Below, piece by piece: positions 36,401-44,929 of a stretch of DNA of 64,000 nt. The stretch lies in NCBI GenBank assembly GCA_021463345.1, contig JAJTYM010000007.1:19641-83640 (forward strand). Direction: 5' to 3'. This stretch comes from Pseudobdellovibrionaceae bacterium. Lineage in GTDB: Bacteria > Bdellovibrionota > Bdellovibrionia > Bdellovibrionales > JAMPXM01. Position numbers and translations under genes: made by a program. The notes under the pieces are model-generated. The model was given only the letters and a program-made list of their open reading frames with translations. It was not told the DNA's origin and did no database searches. Position 1 is the first letter of the stretch. Every line of letters starts with the position of its first letter.

Positions 36401-36577
36401 GCGTTCGAGCAACTGGGCCTTTACGCCCTGGCCTTGCGCAAGGCGGGCGAGGCGCGGCCCGGGGACGTCGTGAAGCTCGCGGCCGTGTACCCTTTCGCCG
36501 AGAAGGCGTACGTCCAGGACGAGCCGCCTCCGACGTTTTTCGAAGAGAGGTTCGCTCGGGGGCGGTCTTCGCTTTGA
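33431..36577 (+). CDS. addA: AddA-type UvrD-family helicase with C-terminal nuclease domain
   Basis: Walker A is VRAGAGAGKTRR and motif II is IDEYQDTSP. Also present are ...FIVGDPQQSIYLFRGA... and the C-terminal nuclease GQIDLWGR...VWVVDYKTG. The start ATG at 33431 overlaps the addB stop. Confidence 0.85.
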   Translation: MSNQHMRNHVIVRAGAGAGKTRRLTLQVIDVAKAFREREGRWPRLIVTTFTRKATQELRERLMLKALEDEPGLIDFVNSRAHLVVSTIHGVLDIYLKRYGGNLCIDPGYAIMGRSEADRLARQALRGVLVADARFSELLETYGFNRLARLARQFQETVDLVPEARPHDEASLRGIFRARAEALARDAELASESIEAETEKETWRAMASAFRRWAARLRNEDWGAARETMLAEIKATRAAPYSKKNPPVDEETNLAAKNVLERFKDLGEDVCDPAAWRETSAVFARFEELGREFSKLSFEAKIRQGTIEISDLERLAMRCASEHPDTVEAFAQEWDYWLIDEYQDTSPFQVDLIRRLSGDRPSFIVGDPQQSIYLFRGARSEVFAEKEREILGAGGAQDLLSRNYRSRPELLAFFNDLFGRFDPPFRPMEPNLAEGESLEAGRVVARLVVAPGPADGETEGSGEGGVARSTDSEMRSLVRHVQELLAAGAAYEDICVLARKNETLVEVAAWLDRFRLPTHVHASSGFHGRRETMDALALLRFLVNPHDNANLIQLLRSPWFRVADADLVAGVQGAAGSHWERLVAREPRPEAVERLRAWLGRRGEIGIGECFRRALIEAGFVDLSHWHDMSGRRESNVWKLLAKLAAAESETGFNYIDFIESSEVDLREASGAEESDAIAAVEPDRINLMTIHASKGLQFKHVLLPKMGQKPRLTASLDFAFDEGRKLWALRVPRGDALDMTSSLAEKAWLETFRKAELQEHARVLYVALTRAIETVFMSWTGRPEPTSWADALRLDLSPGVHEAAGYSYAVQADLGEPLAPAEQERETVVPRPAWLGNRADAPGTGSPIRETASVSQLLDRSQPFRREWSAVSIPARMKVASQGTAVHRLMEALKSPAAVDVRELIRRWFPGREEKVAAAVDFVTRLRAPPLARLIKDGRVEWSFAFLEKGLFVEGQIDLWGRVEPDLDGSGAVVWVVDYKTGDPEGRAKAFEQLGLYALALRKAGEARPGDVVKLAAVYPFAEKAYVQDEPPPTFFEERFARGRSSL

Positions 36578-36604
36578 GCGCGTCGACAGGGGCGGGAGCG
36601 GCGT

Positions 36605-37228
36605 TTACGGCGATACGGTCGATTCGAACCGCACGTCCTTGGTTCCGAGCGGGCCCGTCACCGTCAATTTCGAAATTTGTCCTTCGATCGCCGCCGTCGG
36701 CAGCGCGAATTCGATGACGTAAGGCGTGTTCCAGCGCGTGTGATACGGGAAAAGGGCGTTGAGCTCGGCGAAGAGTTTTTTCGCCCTTTTCGGCCGGCCC
36801 TGGTAGCGTTTGCCGCCGACGTCGAGGTAGACGCGCCAGATCGACTTGCCGTCGACGAGGTTGTCGTTGCGCCGTTCGGGCGTGAAGAAGCTCATGAAGA
36901 CCTCGGTCGACCGCTCCATTTTTTGCGCGGCCTTCTCGCGCTCGGCCGCGAGCTGCGAGGGGTCCCATTTGAAGTAGTCGGCTTCGCGCAGCAGGGTCGC
37001 TTCGCGCACGGGCGCGTTCACGAGGGTCGCTCGGTAAGCGAACTGATTGTAGAAGCTTTCGTAGTCGGCGTCGCCCTCGCTGAACTGTTCGATCACTTTC
37101 AGGTACGGGTCGACCGTCCCCCCGCCCTTCTCGAGCATTTGGACCGCCCCGCCGGGTTCGCCCGCTTTTTCGGGCGTGGCGCACGCGGCCGCCAGGCAGC
37201 AGGAAGCGACGAGGAGCGGATTCCTCAT
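36605..37228 (-). CDS. lipoprotein, hypothetical
   Basis: The ATG at 37228 overlaps the upstream stop (ATGA). MRNPLLVASCCLAAAC contains the lipobox LAAAC. The rest of track ORF 36605..38014 is an alternative frame of the hydrolase gene. Confidence 0.7.
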   Translation of the reverse strand: MRNPLLVASCCLAAACATPEKAGEPGGAVQMLEKGGGTVDPYLKVIEQFSEGDADYESFYNQFAYRATLVNAPVREATLLREADYFKWDPSQLAAEREKAAQKMERSTEVFMSFFTPERRNDNLVDGKSIWRVYLDVGGKRYQGRPKRAKKLFAELNALFPYHTRWNTPYVIEFALPTAAIEGQISKLTVTGPLGTKDVRFESTVSP

Positions 37229-38097
37229 GGGAGCCTCATGGTTTCTTTGAGGAAGGCCTCGAAATCCGCGAAAACTCGCTCGCGATCGAGGTCGTTGAAA
37301 ATCTCGTGGACGCTTTCCTCGTAGACGATCAGCCGCTTCGACGTCGAACCGATGGTTTCGAAGAACGCCTTCGCCTCCGGCGTGCTGACGACTTTCTCGC
37401 GGCCGGCGAGCTGCATGAGCGTCGGCAAACGGATTTTCGCGCCTTGAGTTTTGACGAGCGCGATCGTCTCCAGGATCCCGAAGTAGAGGGTCGGGGAGAT
37501 TTTTTCGTGACGGAGGGGGTCCCTTTTGTAGGCGTCGAGCATCCCGGGGTCGCGCGAAAGGTCCTCGTACCTGAACTCGTTGCGCAAAGTCACCGTCGGA
37601 GCCAGGCGGAGCAGCATGCGCGCGGCGGCGTCCTTGAGCGGCGGTACGGCCAACGCCAGGCCGAGGAGCGGGGCGCTCAAGCACAGCCCGGCCGCGCCGC
37701 CGGGCCCGTGGTCGACGAGGTGCTTGAGCGTGATCAGCCCGCCCATCGAATGCCCGACCAGGCAGTACGGCAGGGATAGTTTGCCTTCCTTCTCGAGGAA
37801 CCCCAGGAACGCGCGCAGATCGTCGCTGTACGAACGGAACGCGTCGACGTAGCCGCGTTTGCCGTGTGAACGGCCGTGGCCGCGCAGGTCCCAGCCGATG
37901 ACGTTGAACCCTCGCTGCGCCATGTGTTTGGCGAAGAAGCGGTCGTAGGATTCCGAGTGTTCGCTGATCCCGTGGGTCAGGACCAATGTCCCGCGGGCTT
38001 CCGAAGCCATCCACGTCTGGTAGAAAAGCTCCGCGCCGTCATGCCCTGTAAAGCCGCCTTCGGTCCTCGTCGTCATGGGGCTCATCTTGTCAGTCAA
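37225..38097 (-). CDS. alpha/beta hydrolase (lysophospholipase / monoacylglycerol lipase-like)
   Basis: HGISEHSESY and the nucleophile elbow GHSMGG are present, and the C-terminal ...SVHEIFND... supplies the catalytic His context. Confidence 0.85.
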   Translation of the reverse strand: MTDKMSPMTTRTEGGFTGHDGAELFYQTWMASEARGTLVLTHGISEHSESYDRFFAKHMAQRGFNVIGWDLRGHGRSHGKRGYVDAFRSYSDDLRAFLGFLEKEGKLSLPYCLVGHSMGGLITLKHLVDHGPGGAAGLCLSAPLLGLALAVPPLKDAAARMLLRLAPTVTLRNEFRYEDLSRDPGMLDAYKRDPLRHEKISPTLYFGILETIALVKTQGAKIRLPTLMQLAGREKVVSTPEAKAFFETIGSTSKRLIVYEESVHEIFNDLDRERVFADFEAFLKETMRLP

Positions 38098-38153
38098 ACG
38101 GAAAACGCGTCAAGCGATTGTCCCGGCGGCCGCGGGCGCGTAAGATGACGGGA

Positions 38154-38684
38154 ATGCATTCGAAAACCGGGCGTTTCATCGCGGTCCTTCTGGCCTCCAT
38201 CGCGTTCTTGGCGGCGCCGGGAGCGTCGGCGCAGTCCGACGACGCCGCGGCCTGGGGGCACGAGTTCGGTTTGCACGTCGGCAGCCTCCTGCCCAACCAG
38301 ATCGAAGGCGTTTCGGAGATCATGCCGATCGTCGGGTTCCGCTATGCCGGCTCGCTGTCCTACGGGGCCTTGGAGGGAGGGGTCGTCAACTCGCACGCGC
38401 ACGGCGCGGACGTCTCGGTGTTCAGCCTCTCTTACCGCGGGGAGCTCGCGCCGATGCCGGACTTGGCGACCCTTTTCTACGCCGGCCCGGATCTCCACTA
38501 TTACCGCCCCACCGGCCAGAGCGGTCGGCGCAGCGAGACCGGCTTCCACGTGGGCTCGGGAATGATGCTGTTGCTCGGGGGGCCGCTCTGGTTCCGCGCC
38601 GACATGAAGTTCAACATGAACCCCGGGACGGCGCTCTTCATCGGCGTCGGCATCGCCGTGCGCGCGCCCGGCGGGGGTTCGTGA
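38154..38684 (+). CDS. putative small outer-membrane beta-barrel protein
   Basis: The signal peptide is MHSKTGRFIAVLLASIAFLAAPGASAQ. Alternating strand patterns are visible (...FGLHVGSL..., ...VSVFSLSYRGEL..., ...GFHVGSGMMLLLGG..., ...LWFRADMKFNMN...). The alternative start is at 38145. Confidence 0.55.
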   Translation: MHSKTGRFIAVLLASIAFLAAPGASAQSDDAAAWGHEFGLHVGSLLPNQIEGVSEIMPIVGFRYAGSLSYGALEGGVVNSHAHGADVSVFSLSYRGELAPMPDLATLFYAGPDLHYYRPTGQSGRRSETGFHVGSGMMLLLGGPLWFRADMKFNMNPGTALFIGVGIAVRAPGGGS

Positions 38685-38688
38685 CCGG

Positions 38689-40296
38689 TCAGGCGTTGGC
38701 GGGGATCAGCACGGTGTCCTGGCCGATCGCGCCGTCTTTTTCCGGATGGTCGATCGTGTAGTGGATGCCGCGCGATTCCTTGCGGCGGAGCGCGCACTCG
38801 ACGGTGAGGCTCGCGACCAGGGCGATGTTGCGCAGCTCGATGATGTCCGGGTGCATCCCGTAGCCGCCGTAGTAATCCTTGATCTCGACGAGGATGTTGT
38901 CGAGCCTGGTTTTGGCGCGCAGCAGGCGGCGGTTGGAGCGGACGATCCCGACGTAGTTCCACATCAGGCGGCGGATCTCCTCCCACATGTGCGAGATCAC
39001 GATCATCTCGTCCTCGTTGGCCGCCTCGCGCGGCCGGCGGGGCAGTTCGCGCGGGTCGGGGAGAGGGAACCGGTCCTTGTTGGCGATCGTGAATTGCGCC
39101 GCGTTCTGCGAGAACGCGAGGCATTCGAGCAGCGAGTTGCTCGCCAGGCGGTTGGCGCCGTGCAGACCGGTGCACGCGGTTTCGCCCGCGGCGAGCAGGC
39201 CGGCGATGTCGGTGCGGCCGGCGAGGTCGGTGAGCACCCCGCCGCACAGGTAATGCGCCGCCGGCACGACCGGGATCGGCTCTTTCGTCATGTCGATGCC
39301 GAACTCGAGGCAGCGTCTATGGATCACCGGGAAGCGTTCCCGGAGGAACGCGGCGGGTTTGTGCGTGATATCGAGATACACGCACGGGGCGCCGGATTTT
39401 TTCATCTCGGCGTCGATCGACCGCGCGACGATGTCGCGCGGGGCGAGGCTGCCCATCGGATGGTGCTTTTTCGTGAACGCCTCGCCGTCGGCGGTGACGA
39501 GCTGCGCGCCTTCGCCGCGCAGGGCTTCCGTGATCAGGAAGTTGCGCGCGCTCGGGTGGTAAAGGCACGTCGGGTGGAACTGCATGAATTCGAGGTTTGC
39601 GACCCGCGCGCCCGCGCGCGCCGCCATGGCGATCCCGTCTCCGGTCGCCCCGCTCCAGTTCGAGGTGTAGAGGTAGACTTTGCCCGCGCCGCCGGTCGCG
39701 AGCAGGGTCAAGCGCGCGAAGTACTCGACCGGTTCGCCCTTGGCGCGGTCGAACACGTACGCCCCGAGGCACCGCGGAGGGTCCATCGCGTACGACTGGA
39801 GGTCGCGGTTGAGGATCAGGTCGGCGGCGAACTGATCCTCGCGGATCTCGATGTTCGGGTGGTTGCGCGCGCGTTCCAGGACGGCCTTGTGGATGTCCTG
39901 CCCGGTGTGGTCCTGCACGTGGAGGATGCGCCGTTTGCTGTGGCCGCCTTCGCGCGTGAGATCGATTTTCGCGCCGGTCCGCCGATCTTCGAGGTCGAAC
40001 CGCACGCCCCAGGCGAAAAGGTCTTTGATCCGTTCGGGCGCGCTTTCGACGACGGCGCGGACGACGTCGGGGCGGCAGAGCCCGGCGCCGGCGACGAGCG
40101 TGTCGTTGATGTGTTCCTCGAAGCTGTCCTCGGCCGACATGACCGCGGCGATCCCGCCTTGGGCCCACGCGGTGTTGGTGTTCCCGACCTGCGTTTTCGA
40201 TAAAACGACGACTTTCCCGTGATCAGCGACCTTGAGCGCGTACGCCAACCCGGCGAGCCCCGAACCGATCACCAGAAAATCGCAGGTTTGAACCAT
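38689..40296 (-). CDS. nadB: L-aspartate oxidase
   Basis: MVQTCDFLVIGSGLAGLAYAL is the FAD dinucleotide fold. Also present are ...NTAWAQGGIAAV... and ...RGEGA.... The ATG at 40296 lies inside track ORF 38689..40383. Confidence 0.93.
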   Translation of the reverse strand: MVQTCDFLVIGSGLAGLAYALKVADHGKVVVLSKTQVGNTNTAWAQGGIAAVMSAEDSFEEHINDTLVAGAGLCRPDVVRAVVESAPERIKDLFAWGVRFDLEDRRTGAKIDLTREGGHSKRRILHVQDHTGQDIHKAVLERARNHPNIEIREDQFAADLILNRDLQSYAMDPPRCLGAYVFDRAKGEPVEYFARLTLLATGGAGKVYLYTSNWSGATGDGIAMAARAGARVANLEFMQFHPTCLYHPSARNFLITEALRGEGAQLVTADGEAFTKKHHPMGSLAPRDIVARSIDAEMKKSGAPCVYLDITHKPAAFLRERFPVIHRRCLEFGIDMTKEPIPVVPAAHYLCGGVLTDLAGRTDIAGLLAAGETACTGLHGANRLASNSLLECLAFSQNAAQFTIANKDRFPLPDPRELPRRPREAANEDEMIVISHMWEEIRRLMWNYVGIVRSNRRLLRAKTRLDNILVEIKDYYGGYGMHPDIIELRNIALVASLTVECALRRKESRGIHYTIDHPEKDGAIGQDTVLIPANA

Positions 40297-40492
40297 GGCG
40301 CTCTTATAGGCTCGTCGCCGCAAACTGTCACGCGTTCGGGCGGGGTTGGGATTCCAGGACCTAGGTCCGGCTTTCCGGCGCAACTCTTAGAGAGTCGGCT
40401 TGCGTCTGGGTCCAGCATAAAACTAGAATGGATTCGAGTACTTATTCCCATGGGTCGAGGACACCCTTTTTCATGGATCGAAAAGGCGGCGT

Positions 40493-43396
40493 ATGCAGAT
40501 TCAGTTGAAAGTCGTGTTGTTGACCGGACTCGCGGTCATTTGCGCCGTCGGCCTGCTCGCGTGGCGCGCGAGCGGAGTCGTGCGCGACGAGACCTCGCGG
40601 ATCATGGGCGAAACGGCCGCGCGCCAGCTCAGTCCCGTGCGCCGCCTGGTGCGCTCCAGGCTTGAAACGTCCCGCGAGCAGTTGATCGCCTTCGCGCGGG
40701 CCAAGGAGCGCGGGTTGAGCCAGCCTTCGTTCGGGGACTTCGACGTCGTCGGGCTCGCGTTCGAAACCGACGCCAAGTCCTGGTCCGCGAAATGGATCGA
40801 CAAGCGGCCCGACGCGAAAGCTTCGCGTTGGGCCGGGGACAAGGATGCCGTCCTCGTGCGCAGCCTGCCGTTTTCGAAGGTCAAGGACGGCGAGATGCAC
40901 TGGGTCTGGCGCCTGGACAAAAAAGAGGGAGCGCTCTTCGCCGTGATGGTGCCGGTCCAGGTCGAGCCGCCGAGGCCGGCGGTCGCGGGCGGACTGCCCG
41001 ACGCGACGACGACCGCGGCCGCCGGCGGGCCCAGGCGCGCCGTCGTGGTCGGCTTTTTCGGGGAGAACCCCCTCGCCGGCGTGAGCGAGGATTTCATCGG
41101 ATCGATTAATTCAGTTTATGTTCTCGACGAGCTCGGCTACGTGGCGTCGCACACGACGAAGTCCTACAACGGCACGCGCTTTTCCGAAGACGAATTGTAC
41201 AAGGCCATCAAGGGGACGGGACGCTCTTCGGGCGTCGGTGATTTCGAGTCGCTCGAAAGCCAACGGGTCGTCGGACGCTGGGAAAAGGTCGAGCGCACCA
41301 ATTTGTACGCCGCGATCACGACGCCCGTCGCCGCGATCGGTTCCCCCGCAAGGACGCTCATGTTTCAACTGGCCATCCTCGGAGCGGTCGCGACGGCTCT
41401 GGCGATCGGCGCGGCTTGGCTCGCGGGCGGCCGTTTCGCCTCGGCGTTGCGCGCGGTGCAGCGCTTCGTTCTCGAGTGGAAAGCCGGCAATTTCCAAACG
41501 GGTTTCCTCGATGTCGCGCGTTTTGACGAGATCGGCGACGTGAGCCGGGCTCTGGCGCAGCTCGATCCAGGCCTCGGTTCGATCGGTGGCCCCGACGACG
41601 CGAAGCCGCCGACCGTCGTCCCCGCCGCGCCGGCGGCCGCCGCTCCCGGCGACGCCGAGGCCGCGTACCGGCAGATGGCGGTGGGTTTGACGTCCTCGAT
41701 GCGCGACCCGATCGCGACGATCCTCGGGAACGTTCAATTGCTGGCGGGCAAGGCGGTCGGCGCGGACTTCGGCGAGCACGCCGTCGCGATCGAGCGCGAA
41801 GCGCGCCGCCTGCGCGGCGTCCTCGAATCGCTCATGCGGGTCGCCGGCGACGATGAGATCAAACTCAAACCCGTGGCGCCGCTCGAAACCGTCGAACTCG
41901 CGATCGCCGCGTTGGACAGGGAGATCGGCCAGAGCGGAGTCGAGCTCGAGCTGCGCCTCGGCGACGCTCCGAGGATCAACGCCAGCCCTCTGCGCCTGCA
42001 GGCGGCGATCGAGGCGTTGCTCCGCCAAGGGATCGAGGCGATGCGCACGCGTCCCGGGAAGCGGCTCGCGGTCACGCTTTCGGCGACGCCCGAAGGCCGA
42101 GCGCGCCTCACGATCCGCGATACCGGCCTGGGGCTCGATCGCGAGCAGGTCGCGCGTTACTTCGAACCGTTTCATCAGCCGTATGAGGGCGCAAGCGCGC
42201 CGGACTTGAGCCTGGCGATGGCCCGCGCGACGTTCGAGCGGCATTTGGCGGACGTCGTCGTCGACTCGTCGCCGGGGCAGGGGACGAGCGTGAGCGTCGA
42301 GTTCCCGCCGACGGCCCGGCTGCGCGAGACGAAACCGGCGGTCGGAGCCGCGGAAACCACGGTCGCGCCCCCGCCCCCCGGCCCTTCGCCGGAGCTCTCC
42401 CTCAACCCGCTCTTGCCGCAGGTGGATGCTCGGGTGGGTGCCGCGCCTCCGGCGCGCGAATTTGATCAAACGCCTCCGGCGCGCGAGCCGGTCGTCCAGC
42501 CGCCGCCGATCCCCGAGGCCCCGCCGTTGCCCGTAGACTCATCGCCGCGCGCCGATTCCGATGGTGGATTGAATCCCGCTTTCCTCGGCGGGAAAGCCCC
42601 GCTCTCGCCGGAGTCCCCGTTCCCCCCGTCACCGGAGGGGGGGGACTCCGCGCCTCTCGATTTGAGCCGCACGGCTCCCCCGAAGTCGGGAGAACCGGTC
42701 GAAGTGGCGATGCCGTCCATCGAGATCCCGTCGGATGTGGAGGTCGTCATCCCGACCAGTCCCGGAAAAATCCTGCAGATGCCCAATCGCGCGAATTCGG
42801 CCGAGCCGTCGGAGTTGGGGCCTGCGGATTCCGAAGCGAACGGAATGGGGGACGGGACCTTCGCCGCGCGTCTTTTTTTCGAGGAGCCGGCCGAAGGCAG
42901 CGGCCCGATCGTGAATTTTTCGACGGAGGAGCCGGTGCCGGTCCCCGGGCCCCAGGCTCCTGAAACCCAAGCTCCCGAGGATCCGATCTCGTTCTCCATG
43001 GACGGGGCTTCGGAGGGCGGGGCTTCGGACGCGGTTCCCGCCGTCCAACCGCCGCCGAAGCCTGAAATCGATGGCTTTTCGTTTTCAAGCGTGACGATCA
43101 ACCTCGAGATGGACCCTCCGGCCCCGACCGGCCCCGGGCTTTTGAATATCGATGTGCCGAGTTCTTTCCTCGACGACGAGCCGGATTCGTTCCGGCCGGT
43201 CGCGCTCGGCGCCGCCGCCGGGAGCGGCGGCGGCGGCGCCGAGCCGGCGCCGGGTTCCCCGCCGTCGGGCGGGGCCTCGCGGCCGGCAACGGACGAAACG
43301 GCGGCGCGAACCCCGCAAACGGGCGCGACCGGCGGCGACGACGGGCTCGGCGCCGGGTTCCGCGTGAAAATCCGCCGCCCGAAAACGAAAGGCTGA
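40493..43396 (+). CDS. membrane-anchored histidine-kinase-like protein with degenerate H-, N- and G2-boxes and a ~370-aa Pro-rich C-terminal tail
   Basis: There is an N-terminal TM helix, a periplasmic-like segment and a second TM helix (TLMFQLAILGAVATALAIGAAWLAG). The DHp-like segment is MAVGLTSSMRDPIATILGNVQLL. The catalytic-domain remnants are RLTIRDTGLGL and YFEPFHQ. See findings. Confidence 0.75.
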   Translation: MQIQLKVVLLTGLAVICAVGLLAWRASGVVRDETSRIMGETAARQLSPVRRLVRSRLETSREQLIAFARAKERGLSQPSFGDFDVVGLAFETDAKSWSAKWIDKRPDAKASRWAGDKDAVLVRSLPFSKVKDGEMHWVWRLDKKEGALFAVMVPVQVEPPRPAVAGGLPDATTTAAAGGPRRAVVVGFFGENPLAGVSEDFIGSINSVYVLDELGYVASHTTKSYNGTRFSEDELYKAIKGTGRSSGVGDFESLESQRVVGRWEKVERTNLYAAITTPVAAIGSPARTLMFQLAILGAVATALAIGAAWLAGGRFASALRAVQRFVLEWKAGNFQTGFLDVARFDEIGDVSRALAQLDPGLGSIGGPDDAKPPTVVPAAPAAAAPGDAEAAYRQMAVGLTSSMRDPIATILGNVQLLAGKAVGADFGEHAVAIEREARRLRGVLESLMRVAGDDEIKLKPVAPLETVELAIAALDREIGQSGVELELRLGDAPRINASPLRLQAAIEALLRQGIEAMRTRPGKRLAVTLSATPEGRARLTIRDTGLGLDREQVARYFEPFHQPYEGASAPDLSLAMARATFERHLADVVVDSSPGQGTSVSVEFPPTARLRETKPAVGAAETTVAPPPPGPSPELSLNPLLPQVDARVGAAPPAREFDQTPPAREPVVQPPPIPEAPPLPVDSSPRADSDGGLNPAFLGGKAPLSPESPFPPSPEGGDSAPLDLSRTAPPKSGEPVEVAMPSIEIPSDVEVVIPTSPGKILQMPNRANSAEPSELGPADSEANGMGDGTFAARLFFEEPAEGSGPIVNFSTEEPVPVPGPQAPETQAPEDPISFSMDGASEGGASDAVPAVQPPPKPEIDGFSFSSVTINLEMDPPAPTGPGLLNIDVPSSFLDDEPDSFRPVALGAAAGSGGGGAEPAPGSPPSGGASRPATDETAARTPQTGATGGDDGLGAGFRVKIRRPKTKG

Positions 43397-43399
43397 GCG

Positions 43400-44929
43400 G
43401 TGAACTTGTCGTCCATCCGGTCCGAGTTCTCGGTTTTCGTCGTCGACGCGGATTTCGCAGCGGCGGAATCGCTCGTGACCGTGATCAAAAACAGCGGTTA
43501 CGCGACCATGTATTTCCCGACGCCGGACTCGGCGATAGCGACGATGCGGAACGCCCCGCCGCACATGGTGATCTTCAATCTCGAGGCGTTCGAGATGGTG
43601 GCGGAGACCTGCCTGGGCCAGGTTCGCGAAGTGAGCCCGGAGATCCTCACCGTCCTGCTGACGACCGCCAAGCTCGCGATCCCCGCCCTCCAGCTCGTTG
43701 AAAAGGGGCTCGCGTTCGACTACCAGGCGCGACCTTACGTTTCGCCGCTCGAATTGGTCCAGAAGCTCGATCGCGCGGCGCAAAGGCTTTATTACCAGTT
43801 CGAAAGCGAGCAGTTGCGCGAGGAGGCCTCCGCGGGCCGGCCGCCGGCCGCGGCTCCGCCGGCGTCGGCGGAGCCCCCGCCACCGAGCCTCGTGCCCGAG
43901 ATCCTGGAGGCGTTCCTGCACAAGATGTCGGTGGTGAAGGACCTGGACGCCACGGTCCAGGGGTTCATCGACGCGCTTTCGTCGCAGATGCACAACGCGC
44001 CGACCTTGTACTTCAAGTACGTGCCGCATTACCTCTCGCTCGTCCTCTCGCAGAGCGCGTGGCTCCCGATCGACAAGATCCGGGGCGTCGGCGTCGAGCT
44101 CAAAAGCCTTCCGCCGCTCGCCCTTCAGGACGCGTTCAAGGACCCGGGCTCGATCGCGCCTCTCAAAGCCCTGCTGAAGGAGGCGTTCCGCACCGAGGCG
44201 TACGCGGCGTTCACCCACTACGGCGACACCGAGGTCCTCGGCGTGACGGTGATCTTCGATCCTCTCGCGGATCCGCGGCGGATGGGCGTCGCCAAAGCGT
44301 ATCACGGGATCTTCGACCTGGCTTACAGGAGGAACCTGGTGGTCAAGGAGAAGCACGCGCTGGAGATCTTCGACGCGCTGACGGGCCTTCACAACCGCAA
44401 GTACTTCAGCCAGAAGATCGACGATGAGATCTCGCGCAGCCGACGGATCTCGATGCCCCTTTCGCTCGTGACGATCAACGTCGACGGGTTCGAGGCGATC
44501 AATCGCGACGTCGGTTTCCACCAGGCCGACACGGTCTTGAAGATGATCGGGACCCTCCTGAAGAAAAGCATGCGCGCCAACGACGTGATCGCGCGCATCG
44601 GTTCCGACGAGTTCGCGATGCTGCTCGCGCACACGCCGCACATGGGTGCCGCGGTCAAGGCCGAGCGCCTCCGCCGCGTGATCGAGCAGACACGGGTCCC
44701 GGCGCTCGAGAAGCGCCAACCCGATCACATCACCGTCAGCGTCGGGGTGAGCGAGTACCCCGCTTTCTGCAACGACGCCGACGGGCTGGTGAAATCGGCG
44801 GACGAGGCGCTTTTCCAGGTGAAGCGGGCCGGCGGCAACAAGGTCTGCCTGGCGAGCGTTCCGCCGGGGTTCGTGCCGGACTTCGTGCCCGAGCCCGCCA
44901 AGGATTTCCTGCGGGGGAAACGACGTTGA
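43400..44929 (+). CDS. receiver-like domain plus GGDEF-domain protein (GSDEF variant, RxxD I-site present)
   Basis: The REC-like N-terminus is FSVFVVDADFAAA...PHMVIFNLEAF...VLLTTAK...DYQARPY. The GGDEF domain is DALTGLHNRKYF...INVDGFEAINRDVGFHQADTVL...RANDVIARIGSDEFAMLL. The GTG start lies 4 nt after the upstream stop. Confidence 0.85.
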   Translation: MNLSSIRSEFSVFVVDADFAAAESLVTVIKNSGYATMYFPTPDSAIATMRNAPPHMVIFNLEAFEMVAETCLGQVREVSPEILTVLLTTAKLAIPALQLVEKGLAFDYQARPYVSPLELVQKLDRAAQRLYYQFESEQLREEASAGRPPAAAPPASAEPPPPSLVPEILEAFLHKMSVVKDLDATVQGFIDALSSQMHNAPTLYFKYVPHYLSLVLSQSAWLPIDKIRGVGVELKSLPPLALQDAFKDPGSIAPLKALLKEAFRTEAYAAFTHYGDTEVLGVTVIFDPLADPRRMGVAKAYHGIFDLAYRRNLVVKEKHALEIFDALTGLHNRKYFSQKIDDEISRSRRISMPLSLVTINVDGFEAINRDVGFHQADTVLKMIGTLLKKSMRANDVIARIGSDEFAMLLAHTPHMGAAVKAERLRRVIEQTRVPALEKRQPDHITVSVGVSEYPAFCNDADGLVKSADEALFQVKRAGGNKVCLASVPPGFVPDFVPEPAKDFLRGKRR

